Shown piece by piece: positions 14,201 to 27,500 of a stretch of DNA of 64,000 bases (position 1 is the stretch's first letter; each line of letters opens with the position of its first letter). The stretch spans positions 361,708,001 through 361,772,000 of the forward strand of contig OZ024741.1 of NCBI GenBank assembly GCA_964016885.1, written 5' to 3'. Position numbers and translations under genes: made by a program. This DNA is from Eledone cirrhosa. Taxonomy: Eukaryota. The notes beneath the pieces are model-generated. The model searched no databases. It was given only the letters and a program-made list of their open reading frames with translations, and was not told the origin of the DNA.

Positions 14201-17200
14201 ACCAGAAGCATGTGTTTATGATGTCTCTCTTCCCTAGATACCTAAAGCATGTCTCTATGATGTTTCTCTTCCCTAGACACCTAAAGCATGTGTTTATGAT
14301 GTCTCTCTCTTCCCTAAATACCACAAGCATGTGTTTATGATGACTCTCTTCCCTAGATACCAGAAGGATGTGTTTATGATGTCTCTCTTCCCTTGCTACC
14401 AGAAGCATGTGTTTATGATGTCTCTCTTCCCCAGATACCAGAAGCATGTGTTTATGATGTCTCTCTTCCCTAGATACCTAAAGCATCTCTTTATGATGTT
14501 TCTCTTCCCTAGACAGCTAAAGCATGTCTCTATGATGTCTCTTTCTTCCCTAAATACCAGAAGCATGTGTTTATGATGTCTCTCTTCCCTAGATACCAGA
14601 AGCATGTGTTTATGATGTCTCTCTTCCCAAGATACCAGAAGCATGTGTTTATGATGTCTCTCTTCCCTAGATACCAGAAGCATGTGTTTATGATGTCTCT
14701 CTCTTCCCTAGATACCAGAAGCATGTGTTTATGATGTCTCTCTTCTCCCGATACCAGAAGCATGTGTTTATGATGTCTCTCTTCCCTAGATACCAGAAGC
14801 ATGTGTTTATGATGTCTCTCATCCCTAGAAACGAGAAGCATGTGTTTATGATGTCTCTCTTCCCTAGATACCAGAAGCATGTGTTTATGATGTTTCTCGT
14901 CCCTACATACCTAAAGCATGTGTTTATGATGTCTCTCTTCCCTAGATACCAGAAGCATGTGTTTATGATGTCTGTCTTCCCTAGATACCTAAAGCATGTC
15001 TTTATGATGTTTCTCGTCCCTAGACACCTAAAGCCTGTGTTTATGATGTCTCTCTTCCATTGATACATGGAGCATGTGTTTATGATGTCTCTCCTCCCTA
15101 GATACCTAAAGCATGTGTTTATGATGTCTCTCTTCCCTAGATACCTAAAGCATGTGTTTATGATGTCTCTCTTCCCTAGATACCAGAAGCATGTATTTAT
15201 GATTTTTCTCGTCCCTACATACCTAAAGCATGTGTTTATGAAGTTTCTCTTCCCTAGATACCAGAAGCATGTGTTTATGATGTCTCTCTTCCCTAGATAC
15301 CAGAAGCACGTGTTTATGATGTCTCTCTTCCCTAGATACCTAAAGCATGTGTTTATGATGTTTCTCTTCCCTAGATACCTAAAGCATGTGTTTATGATGT
15401 CTCTCTTCCCTAGATACCAGAAGCATGTGTTTATGATGTCTCTCTTCCCTAGATACCAGAATCATGTGTTTATGATGTCTCTTTTCCCTAGATACCAGAA
15501 GCATGTGTTTATGATGTCTCTCTTCCCTAGATACCAGAAGCATGTGTTTATGATGTCTCTCTTCCCTAGATACTTAAAGCATGTGTTTATGATGTTTCTC
15601 TTCCCTAGATACCTAAAGCATGTGTTTATGATGTCTCTCTTCCCTAGATACCACAATCATATGTTTATGATGTTTCTCTTCCCTAGATACCCGAAGCATG
15701 TGTTTATGATGTCTCTCTTCCCTAGATACTTAAAGCATGTGTTTATGATGTTTCCCTTCCCTAGATACCTAAAGCATGTGTTTATGATGTCTCTCTTCCC
15801 TAGATACCAGAAGCATGTGTTTATGATGTCTCTCTTCCCTAGATACCACAAGCATGTGTTTATGATGTTTCTATTCCCTAGATACCAGAATCATTGTGTT
15901 TATGATGTTTCTCATCCCTAGATACCTAAAGCATGTGTTTATGATGTCTCTTTTCCCTAGATACCAGAAGGATGTCTTTATGATGTCTCTCTTCCCTAGA
16001 TACCAGAAGCATGTGTTTATGATGTCTCTCTTCCCTACATACCAGAAGCATGTGTTTATGATGTCTCTCTTCCCTAGATACCTGAAGCATGTTTTTATGA
16101 TGTTTCTCAGCCCTAGATACCTAAAGCATGTGTTTATGATGTCTCTCTTCCCTAGATACCAGAAGCATGTGTTTATGATGTCTCTCTGCCCTAGATACCA
16201 GAAGGATGTGTTTATGATGTCTCTCTTCCCTAACTACCTGAAGCATGTGTTTATGATGTCTCTCTTCCCCAGATACCAGAAGCATGTGTTTATGATGTCT
16301 CTCTTCCCTAGATACCTAAAGCATCTCTTTATGATGTTTCTATTGCCTAGATACCTAAAGCATGTCTTTATGATGTTTCTCTTCCCTAGACAGCTAAAGC
16401 ATGTCTCTATGATGTCTCTTTCTTCCCTAAATACCAGAAGCATGTGTTTATGATGTCTCTCTTCCGTAGATACCAGAAGCATGTGTTTATGATGTCTCTC
16501 TTCCCTAGATACCAGAAGCATGTGTTTATGATGTCTCTCTCTTCCCTAGATACCAGAAGCATGTGTTTATGATGTCTCTCTTCCCTAGATACCTAAAGCA
16601 TGTGTTTATGATGTCTCTCTTCCCTAGATACCTAAAGCATGTGTTTATGATATCTCTCTTCCCTAGATACTTAAAGCATGTGTTTATGATGTTTCTCTTC
16701 CCTAGATACCTAAAGCATGTGTTTATGATGTCTCTCTTCCCTAGATACCAGAAGCATGTCTTTATGATGTCTCTCTTCGCTAGATACCTGAAGCATGTGT
16801 TTATGATGTTTCTCTTCCCTAGATACCAGAAGCATGTGTTTATGATGTTTCTCATCGCTAGATACCTAAAGCATGTGTTTATGATGTCTCTCTTCCCTAG
16901 ATACCAGAAGCATGTCTTTATGATGTCTCTCTTCCCTAGATACCAGACGCATGTGTTTATGATGTCTCTCTTCCCTACATACCAGAAGCATGTGTTTATG
17001 ATGTCTCTCTTCCCTAGATACCAGAAGCATGTGTTTATGATGTTTCTCAGCCCTAGATACCAGAAGCATGTGTTTATGATGTCTCTCTTCCCTAGATACC
17101 AGAAGCATGTGTCTATGAATTTTCTCGTCCCTAGATATCTAAAGCATGTGTTTATGATGTCTCTCTTCCCTAGTTACCACAAGCATGTGTTTATGATGTC

Positions 17201-20200
17201 TCTCTTCCCTAGATACCAGAAGCATGTTTTAATGATATTTCTCGTCCCTAGATACCCAAAGCATGTGTTTATGATGTCTCTCTTCCCTAGGTACCAGAAG
17301 CATGTGTTTATGATGTCTCTCTTCCCTAGATACCTAAAGAATGTCTTTATGATGTTTCTCTTCCCTAGACAGCTAAAGCATGTGTTTATGATGTCTCTCT
17401 TCCCTAGATACCTAAAGCATGTGTTTATGATGTCTCTCTTCCCTAGATACCAGAAGCATGTGTTTATGATGTCTCTCTTCCCTAGATACCACAAGCATGT
17501 GTTTATGATGTCTCTCTTCCCTAGATACCACAAGCATGTGTTTATGATATCTCTCTTCCCTAGATACCAGAAGCATGTGTTTATGATGTTTCTCATCCCT
17601 AGATACCACAAGCATGTGTTTATGATGTCCCTCTTCCCTAGATACCTAAAGCATGTCTTTATGATGTTTCTCTTCCCTAGACACCTAAAGCATGTGTTTA
17701 TGATGTCTCTCTTCCATTGATACATGGAGCATGTGTTTATGATGTCTCTCTTCCCTTGATACATGGAGAATGTGTTCATGATGTCTCTCTTCCCTAGATA
17801 CCTAAAGCATGTGTTTATGATGTCTCTCTTCCCTAGATACCAGAAGCACGTATTTATGATGTCTCTCTTCCCTAGATACCAGAAGCATGTGTTTATGATG
17901 TCTCTCTTCCCTACATACCAGAAGCATGTGTTTATGATGTCTCTCTTCTCTAGATACCAGAAGCATGTGTTTATGATGTTTCTCATCCCTAGATACCTAA
18001 AGCATGTGTTTATGATGTCTCTCTTCCCTAGATACCAGAAGCTTATGTTTATGATGTCTCTCTTCCTTAGATACCAGAAGCATGTGTTTATGACGTCTCT
18101 CTTTCCTAGATACCAGAAGCATGTGTTTATGATGTCTCTCTTCCCTAGATATCACAAGCATGTGTTTATGATGTTTCTCATCCCTAGATACCTAAAGAAT
18201 ATGTTTATGATGTCTCTCTTCCCTAGATACCTAAAGCATGTGTTTATGATGTCTCCCTACCCTAGATACCAGAAGCACGTATTTATGATGTCTCTCTTCC
18301 CTAGATACCAGAAGCATGTGTTTATGATGTCTCTCTTCCCTAGATACCTAAAGCATGTGTTTATGATGTCTCTCTTCCCTAGATACCTAAAGCATGTGTT
18401 TATGATGTCTCTCTTCCCTAGATACCAGAAGCATGTATTTATGATTTTTCTCGTCCCTACATACCTAAAGCATGTGTTTATGATGTCTCTCTTCCCTAGA
18501 TACCAGAAGCATGTGTTTATGATGTCTCTCTTCCCTAGATACCAGAAGCACGTGTTTATGATGTCTCTCTTCCCTAGATACCTAAAGCATGTGTTTATGA
18601 TGTTTCTCTTCCCTAGATACCTAAAGCATGTGTTTATGATGTCTCTCTTCCCTAGATACCAGAAGCATGTGTTTGTGATGTCTCTCTTCCCTAGATTCCA
18701 GAATCATGTGTTTATGATGTCTCTTATCCCTAGATACCAGAAGCATGTGTTTATGATGTCTCTCTTCCCTAGATACCAGAAGCATGTGTTTATGATGCCT
18801 CTCTTCCCTAGATACTTAAAGCATGTGTTTATGATGTTTCTCTTCCCTAGATACCTAAAGCATGTGTTTATGATGTCTCTCTTCCCTAGATACCACAATC
18901 ATATGTTTATGATGTTTCTCTTCCCTAGATACCCGAAGCATGTGTTTATCATGTCTCTCTTCCCTAGATACTTGAAGCATGTGTTTATGATGTTTCCCTT
19001 CCCTAGATACCTAAAGCATGTGTTTATGATGTCTCTCTTCCCTAGATACCAGAAGCATGTGTTTATGATGACTCTCTTCCCTAGATACCACAAGCATGTG
19101 TTTATGATGTTTCTCTTCCCTAGATACCAGAATCATTGTGTTTATGATGTTTCTCATCCCTAGATACCTAAAGCATCTGTTTATGATGTCTCTTTTCCCT
19201 AGATACCAGAAGCATGTCTTTATGATGTCTCTCTTCCCTAGATACCAGAAGCATGTGTTTATGATGTCTCTCTTCCCTACATACCAGAAGCATGTGTTTA
19301 TGATGTCTCTCTTCCCTAGATACCAGAAGCATGTTTTTATGATGTTTCTCAGCCCTAGATACCTAAAGCATGTGTTTATGATGTCTCTCTTCCCTAGATA
19401 CCAGAAGCATGTGTTTATGATGTCTCTCTTCCCTAGATACCAGAAGGATGTGTTTATGATGTCTCTCTTCCCTAACTACCAGAAGCATGTGTTTATGATG
19501 TCTCTCTTCCCCAGATACCAGAAGCATGTGTTTATGATGTCTCTCTTCCCTAGATACCTAAAGCATCTCTTTATGATGTTTCTCTTCCCTAGATACCTAA
19601 AGCATGTCTTTATGATGTTTCTCTTCCCTAGACAGCTAAAGCATGTCTCTATGACGTCTCTTTTTTCCCTAAATACCAGAAGCATGTGTTTATGATGTCT
19701 CTCTTCCCTAGATACTTAAAGCATGTGTTTATGATGTTTCTCTTCCCTAGATACCTAAAGCATGTGTTTATGCTGTCTCTCTTCCCTAGATACCAGAAGC
19801 ATGTGTTTATGATGTCTCTCTTCCCTAGATACCTGAAGCATGTGTTTATGATGTTTCTCTTCCCTAGATAGCAGAAGCATGTGTTTATGATGTTTCTCAT
19901 CCCTAGATACCTAAAGCATGTGTTTATGATGTCTCTCTTCCCTAGATACCAGAAGCATGTCTTTATGATGTCTCTCTTCCCTAGATACCAGACGCATGTG
20001 TTTATGATGTCTCTCTTCCCTACATACCAGAAGCATGTGTTTATGATGTCTCTCTTCCCTAGGTACCAGAAGAAGTGTTTATGATGTTTCTCAGCCCTAG
20101 ATACCAGAAGCATGTGTTTATGATGTCTCTCTTCCCTAGATACCAGAAGCATGTGTCTATGAATTTTCTCGTCCCTAGATATCTAAAGCATGTGTTTATG

Positions 20201-23200
20201 ATGTCTCTCTTCCCTAGTTACCACAAGCATGTGTTTATGATGTCTCTCTTCCCTAGATACCAGAAGCATGTTTTTATGATATTTCTCGTCCCTAGATACC
20301 CAAAGCATGTGTTTATGATGTCTCTCTTCCCTAGGTACCAGAAGCATGTGTTTATGATGTCTCTCTTCCCTAGATACCTAAAGAATGTCTTTATGATGTT
20401 TCTCTTCCCTAGATAGCTAAAGCATGTGTTTATGATGTCTCTCTTCCCTAGATACCACAAGCATGTGTTTATGATATCTCTCTTCCCTAGATACCAGAAG
20501 CATGTGTTTATGATGTTTCTCATCCCTAGATACCACAAGCATGTGTTTATGATGTCCCTCTTCCCTAGATACCTAAAGCATGTCTTTATGATGTTTCTCT
20601 TCCCTAGACACCTAAAGCATGTGTTTATGATGTCTCTCTTCCATTGATACATGGAGCATGTGTTTATGATGTCTCTCTTCCCTTCATACATGGAGAATGT
20701 GTTTATGATGTCTCTCTTCCCTAGATACCTAAAGCATGTGTTTATGATGTCTCTCTTCCCTAGATACCAGAAGCACGTATTTATGATGTCTCTCTTCCCT
20801 AGATACCAGAAGCATGTGTTTATGATGTCTATCTTCCCTACATACCAGCAGCATGTGTTTATGATGTCTCTCTTCTCTAGATACCAGAAGCATGTGTTTA
20901 TGATGTTTCTCATCCCTAGATACCTAAAGCATGTGTTTATGATGTATCTCTTCCCTAGATACCAGAAGCATATGTTTATGATGTCTCTCTTCCCTAGATA
21001 CCAGAAGCATCAGTTTATGACGTCTCTCTTTCCTAGATACCAGAAGCATGTGTTTATGATGTCTCTCTTCCCTATATATTACAAGCATGTGTTTATGATG
21101 TTTCTCATCCATAGATACCTAAAGAATGTGTTTATGATGTCTCTCTTCCCTAGATACCTGAAACATGTGTTTATGATGTTTCTCATCGCTAGATACCTAA
21201 AGCATGTGTTTATGATGTCTCTCTTCCCTGGATACCAGAAGCATGTGTTTATGATGTCTCCCTTCCCTAGATACCAGAAGCATGTGTTTGTGATGTCTCT
21301 CTTCCCTAGATACCAGAAGCATATGTTTATGATGTCTCTCTTCCCTAGATACCAGAAGCATGTGTTTATGATGTCTCCCTTTCCTAGATACCAGAAGCAT
21401 GTGTTTATGATATCTCTCTTCCCTAGATATCACAAGCATGTGTTTATGATGTTTATCATCCCTGGATATCTAAAGCATGTCTTTATGATGTCTCTCTTCC
21501 CTAGATACCAGAAGCATGTGTTTATGATGTCTCCCTTCCCTAGATACCAGAAGCATGTGTTTATGATGTCTCTCTTCCCTAGATACCAGAAGCATATGTT
21601 TATGATGTCTCTCTTCCCTAGATACCAGAAGCATGTGTTTATGATGTCTCTCTTTCCTAGATACCAGAAGCATGTGTTTATGATATCTCTCTTCCCTAGA
21701 TATCACAAGCATGTGTTTATGATGTCTCTCTTCCTCCGATACCAGAAGCATGTGTTTATGATGTCTCTCTTCCCTAGATACCAGAAGCATGTGTTTATGA
21801 TGTCTCTCATCCCTAGAAACCAGAAGCATGTGTTTATGATGTCTCTCTTCCCTAGATACCAGAAGCATGTGTTTATGATGTCTCTCTTCCCTAGATACCT
21901 AAAGCATGTGTTTATGATGTCTCTCTTCCCTAGATACCTAAAGCATGTGTTTATGATGTCTCTCTTCCCTAGATACCAGAAGCATGTATTTATGATTTTT
22001 CTCGTCCCTACATACCTAAAGCATGTGTTTATGATGTCTCTCTTCCCTAGATACCAGAAGCATGTGTTTATGATGTCTGTCTTCCCTAGATACCTAAAGC
22101 ATGTCTTTATGATGTTTCTCGTCCCTAGACACCTAAAGCCTGTGTTTATGATGTCTCTCTTCCATTGATACATGGAGCATGTGTTTATGATGTCTCTCCT
22201 CCCTAGATACCTAAAGCATGTGTTTATGATGTCTCTCTTCCCTAGATACCTAAAGCATGTGTTTATGATGTCTCTCTTCCCTAGATACCACAAGCATGTA
22301 TTTATGATTTTTCTCGTCCCTACATACCTAAAGCATGTGTTTATGATGTTTCTCTTCCCTAGATACCAGAAGCATGTGTTTATGATGTCTCTCTTCCCTA
22401 GATACCAGAAGCACGTGTTTATGATGTCTCTCTTCCCTAGATACCTAAAGCATGTGTTTATGATGTCTCTCTTCCCTAGATACTTAAAGCATGTGTTTAT
22501 GATGTTTCCCTTCCCTAGATACCTAAAGCATGTGTTTATGATATCTCTCTTCCCTAGATACCAGAAGCATGTGTTTATGATGTCTCTCTTCCCTAGATAC
22601 CACAAGCATGTGTTTATGATGTTTCTCTTCCCTAGATACCAGAATCATTGTGTTTATGATGTTTCTCATCCCTAGATACCTAAAGCATGTGTTTATGATG
22701 TCTCTTTTCCCTAGATACCAGAAGCATGTCTTTATGATGTCTCTCTTCCCTAGATACCAGAAGCATGTGTTTATGATGTCTCTCTTCCCTACATACCAGA
22801 AGCATGTGTTTATGATGTCTCTATTCCCTAGATACCAGAAGCATGTTTTTATGATGTTTCTCAGCCCTAGATACCCAAAGCATGTGTTTATGATGTCTCT
22901 CTTCCCTAGGTACCAGAAGCATGTGTTTATGATGGCTCTCTTCCCTAGATACCTAAAGCATGTCTTTATGATGTTTCTCTTCCCTAGACACCTAAAGCAT
23001 GTGTTTATGATGTCTCTCTTCCCTAGATACCTAAAGCATGTGTTTATGATGTCTCTCTTCCCTAGATACCAGAAGCATGTGTTTATGATGTTTCTTATAC
23101 CTAGATACCTAAAGCATGTGTTTATGATGTCTCTCTTCCCTAGATACCACAAGCATGTGTTTATGATGTCTATCTTCCCTAGATACCAAAAGCATGTGTT

Positions 23201-24560
23201 TATGATATCTCTCTTCCCTACATACCAGAAGCATGTGTTTATGATGTTTCTCATCCCTAGATACCACAAGCATGTGTTTATGATGTCCCTCTTCCCTAGA
23301 TACCTAAAGCATGTCTTTATGATGTTTCTCTTCCCTAGACACCTAAAGCATGTGTTTATGATGTCTCTCTTTCATTGATACATGGAGCATGTGTTTATGA
23401 TGTCTCTCTTCCCTTGATACATGGAGCATGTGTTTATGATGTCTCTCGTCCCTAGATACCTAAAGCATGTGTTTATGATGTCTCTCTTCCCTAGATACCA
23501 GAAGAATGTGTTTATGATGTCTCTCTCTTCCCCATATACCAGAAGCATGTGTTTATGATGTCTCTCTTCCCTAGATACCAGAAGCATGTGTTTATGATGT
23601 CTCTCTTCCCTAGATACCAGAAGCATGTGTTTATGATGTCTCTCATCCCTAGATACCAGAAGCATGTGTTTATGATGTCTCTCTTCCCTAGATACCAGAA
23701 GCATGTGTTTATGATGTCTCTCTTCCCTAGATACCTAAAGCATGTCTCTATGATGTTTCTCTTCCCTAGACACCTAAAGCATGTGTTTATGATGTCTCTC
23801 TCTTCCCTAAATACCACAAGCATGTGTTTATGATGACTCTCTTCCCTAGATACCAGAAGGATGTGTTTATGATGTCTCTCTTCCCTTGCTACCAGAAGCA
23901 TGTGTTTATGATGTCTCTCTTCCCCAGATACCAGAAGCATGTGTTTATGATGTCTCTCTTCCCTAGATACCTAAAGCATCTCTTTATGATGTTTCTCTTC
24001 CCTAGACAGCTAAAGCATGTCTCTATGATGTCTCTTTCTTCCCTAAATACCAGAAGCATGTGTTTATGATGTCTCTCTTCCCTAGATACCAGAAGCATGT
24101 GTTTATGATGTCTCTCTTCCCAAGATACCAGAAGCATGTGTTTATGATGTCTCTCTTCCCTAGATACCAGAAGCATGTGTATATGATGTCTCTCTCTTCC
24201 CTAGATACCAGAAGCATGTGTTTATGATGTCTCTCTTCTCCCGATACCAGAAGCATGTGTTTATGATGTCTCTCTTCCCTAGATACCAGAAGCATGTGTT
24301 TATGATGTCTCTCATCCCTAGAAACCAGAAGCATGTGTTTATGATGTCTCTCTTCCCTAGATACCAGAAGCATGTGTTTATGATGTTTCTCGTCCCTACA
24401 TACCTAAAGCATGTGTTTATGATGTCTCTCTTCCCTAGATACCAGAAGCATGTGTTTATGATGTCTGTCTTCCCTAGATACCTAAAGCATGTCTTTATGA
24501 TGTTTCTCGTCCCTAGACACCTAAAGCCTGTGTTTATGATGTCTCTCTTCCATTGATACA
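8250..24560. repeat. About 1-kb higher-order cassette in five copies (marker 41-bp monomer at about 8,381, 11,003, 12,456, 14,026 and 23,519), including a 1,453-bp-offset pair
   Basis: Each copy has the same ordered variants: AAGAATG, 41-mer ending CCCCA, 41-mer CCCTAAATACCAC, AAGGATG, GCTACC, CATCTCTTT, GACAGCTA, CCCAAGATA. Near-identical 142-aa minus-strand ORFs lie at 8374, 10996, 12449, 14019 and 23512. Private GAAGCAGGT links the copies at about 11,182 and 12,635. Confidence 0.85.
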
Positions 24561-27500
24561 TGGAGCATGTGTTTATGATGTCTCTCCTCCCTAGATACCT
24601 AAAGCATGTGTTTATCATGTCTCTCTTCCCTAGATACCTAAAGCATGTGTTTATGATGTCTCTCTTCCCTAGATACCAGAAGCATGTATTTATGATTTTT
24701 CTCGTCCCTACATACCTAAAGCATGTGTTTATGATGTTTCTCTTCCCTAGATACCAGAAGCATGTGTTTATGATGTCTCTCTTCCCTAGATACCAGAAGC
24801 ACGTGTTTATGATGTCTCTCTTCCCTAGATACCTAAAGCATGTGTTTATGATGTTTCTCTTCCCTAGATACCTAAAGCATGTGTTTATGATGTCTCTCTT
24901 CCCTAGATACCAGAAGCATGTGTTTATGATGTCTCTCTTCCCTAGATACCAGAATCATGTGTTTATGATGTCTCTTTTCCCTAGATACCAGAAGCATGTG
25001 TTTATGATGTCTCTCTTCCCTAGATACCAGAAGCATGTGTTTATGATGTCTCTCTTCCCTAGATACTTAAAGCATGTGTTTATGATGTTTCTCTTCCCTA
25101 GATACCTAAAGCATGTGTTTATGATGTCTCTCTTCCCTAGATACCACAATCATATGTTTATGATGTTTCTCTTCCCTAGATACCCGAAGCATGTGTTTAT
25201 GATGTCTCTCTTCCCTAGATACTTAAAGCATGTGTTTATGATGTTTCCCTTCCCTAGATACCTAAAGCATGTGTTTATGATGTCTCTCTTCCCTAGATAC
25301 CAGAAGCATGTGTTTATGATGTCTCTCTTCCCTAGATACCACAAGCATGTGTTTATGATGTTTCTATTCCCTAGATACCAGAATCATTGTGTTTATGATG
25401 TTTCTCATCCCTAGATACCTAAAGCATGTGTTTATGATGTCTCTTTTCCCTAGATACCAGAAGGATGTCTTTATGATGTCTCTCTTCCCTAGATACCAGA
25501 AGCATGTGTTTATGATGTCTCTCTTCCCTACATACCAGAAGCATGTGTTTATGATGTCTCTCTTCCCTAGATACCTGAAGCATGTTTTTATGATGTTTCT
25601 CAGCCCTAGATACCTAAAGCATGTGTTTATGATGTCTCTCTTCCCTAGATACCAGAAGCATGTGTTTATGATGTCTCTCTGCCCTAGATACCAGAAGGAT
25701 GTGTTTATGATGTCTCTCTTCCCTAACTACCAGAAGCATGTGTTTATGATGTCTCTCTTCCCCAGATACCAGAAGCATGTGTTTATGATGTCTCTCTTCC
25801 CTAGATACCTAAAGCATCTCTTTATGATGTTTCTATTCCCTAGATACCTAAAGCATGTCTTTATGATGTTTCTCTTCCCTAGACAGCTAAAGCATGTCTC
25901 TATGATGTCTCTTTCTTCCCTAAATACCAGAAGCATGTGTTTATGATGTCTCTCTTCCGTAGATACCAGAAGCATGTGTTTATGATGTCTCTCTTCCCTA
26001 GATACCAGAAGCATGTGTTTATGATATCTCTCTTCCCTAGATACCAGAAGCATGTGTTTATGATGTCTCTCTCTTCCCTAGATACCAGAAGCATGTGTTT
26101 ATGATGTCTCTCTTCCCTAGATACCTAAAGCATGTGTTTATGATGTCTCTCTTCCCTAGATACCTAAAGCATGTGTTTATGATATCTCTTCCCTAGATAC
26201 TTAAAGCATGTGTTTATGATGTTTCTCTTCCCTAGATACCTAAAGCATGTGTTTATGATGTCTCTCTTCCCTAGATACCAGAAGCATGTCTTTATGATGT
26301 CTCTCTTCCCTAGATACCTGAAGCATGTGTTTATGATGTTTCTCTTCCCTAGATACCAGAAGCATGTGTTTATGATGTTTCTCATCGCTAGATACCTAAA
26401 GCATGTGTTTATGATGTCTCTCTTCCCTAGATACCAGAAGCATGTCTTTATGATGTCTCTCTTCCCTAGATACCAGACGCATGTGTTTATGATGTCTCTC
26501 TTCCCTACATACCAGAAGCATGTGTTTATGATGTCTCTCTTCCCTAGATACCAGAAGCATGTGTTTATGATGTTTCTCAGCCCTAGATACCAGAAGCATG
26601 TGTTTATGATGTCTCTCTTCCCTAGATACCAGAAGCATGTGTCTATGAATTTTCTCGTCCCTAGATATCTAAAGCATGTGTTTATGATGTCTCTCTTCCC
26701 TAGTTACCACAAGCATGTGTTTATGATGTCTCTCTTCCCTAGATACCAGAAGCATGTTTTTATGATATTTCTCGTCCCTAGATACCCAAAGCATGTGTTT
26801 ATGATGTCTCTCTTCCCTAGGTACCAGAAGCATGTGTTTATGATGTCTCTCTTCCCTAGATACCTAAAGAATGTCTTTATGATGTTTCTCTTCCCTAGAC
26901 AGCTAAAGCATGTGTTTATGATGTCTCTCTTCCCTAGATACCTAAAGCATGTGTTTATGATGTCTCTCTTCCCTAGATACCAGAAGCATGTGTTTATGAT
27001 GTCTCTCTTCCCTAGATACCACAAGCATGTGTTTATGATGTCTCTCTTCCCTAGATACCACAAGCATGTGTTTATGATATCTCTCTTCCCTAGATACCAG
27101 AAGCATGTGTTTATGATGTTTCTCATCCCTAGATACCACAAGCATGTGTTTATGATGTCCCTCTTCCCTAGATACCTAAAGCATGTCTTTATGATGTTTC
27201 TCTTCCCTAGACACCTAAAGCATGTGTTTATGATGTCTCTCTTCCTTTGATACATGGAGCATGTGTTTATGATGTCTCTCTTCCCTTGATACATGGAGAA
27301 TGTGTTTATGATGTCTCTCTTCCCTAGATACCTAAAGCATGTGTTTATGATGTCTCTCTTCCCTAGATACCAGAAGCACGTATTTATGATGTCTCTCTTC
27401 CCTAGATACCAGAAGCATGTGTTTATGATGTCTCTCTTCCCTACATACCAGAAGCATGTGTTTATGATGTCTCTCTTCTCTAGATACCAGAAGCATGTGT

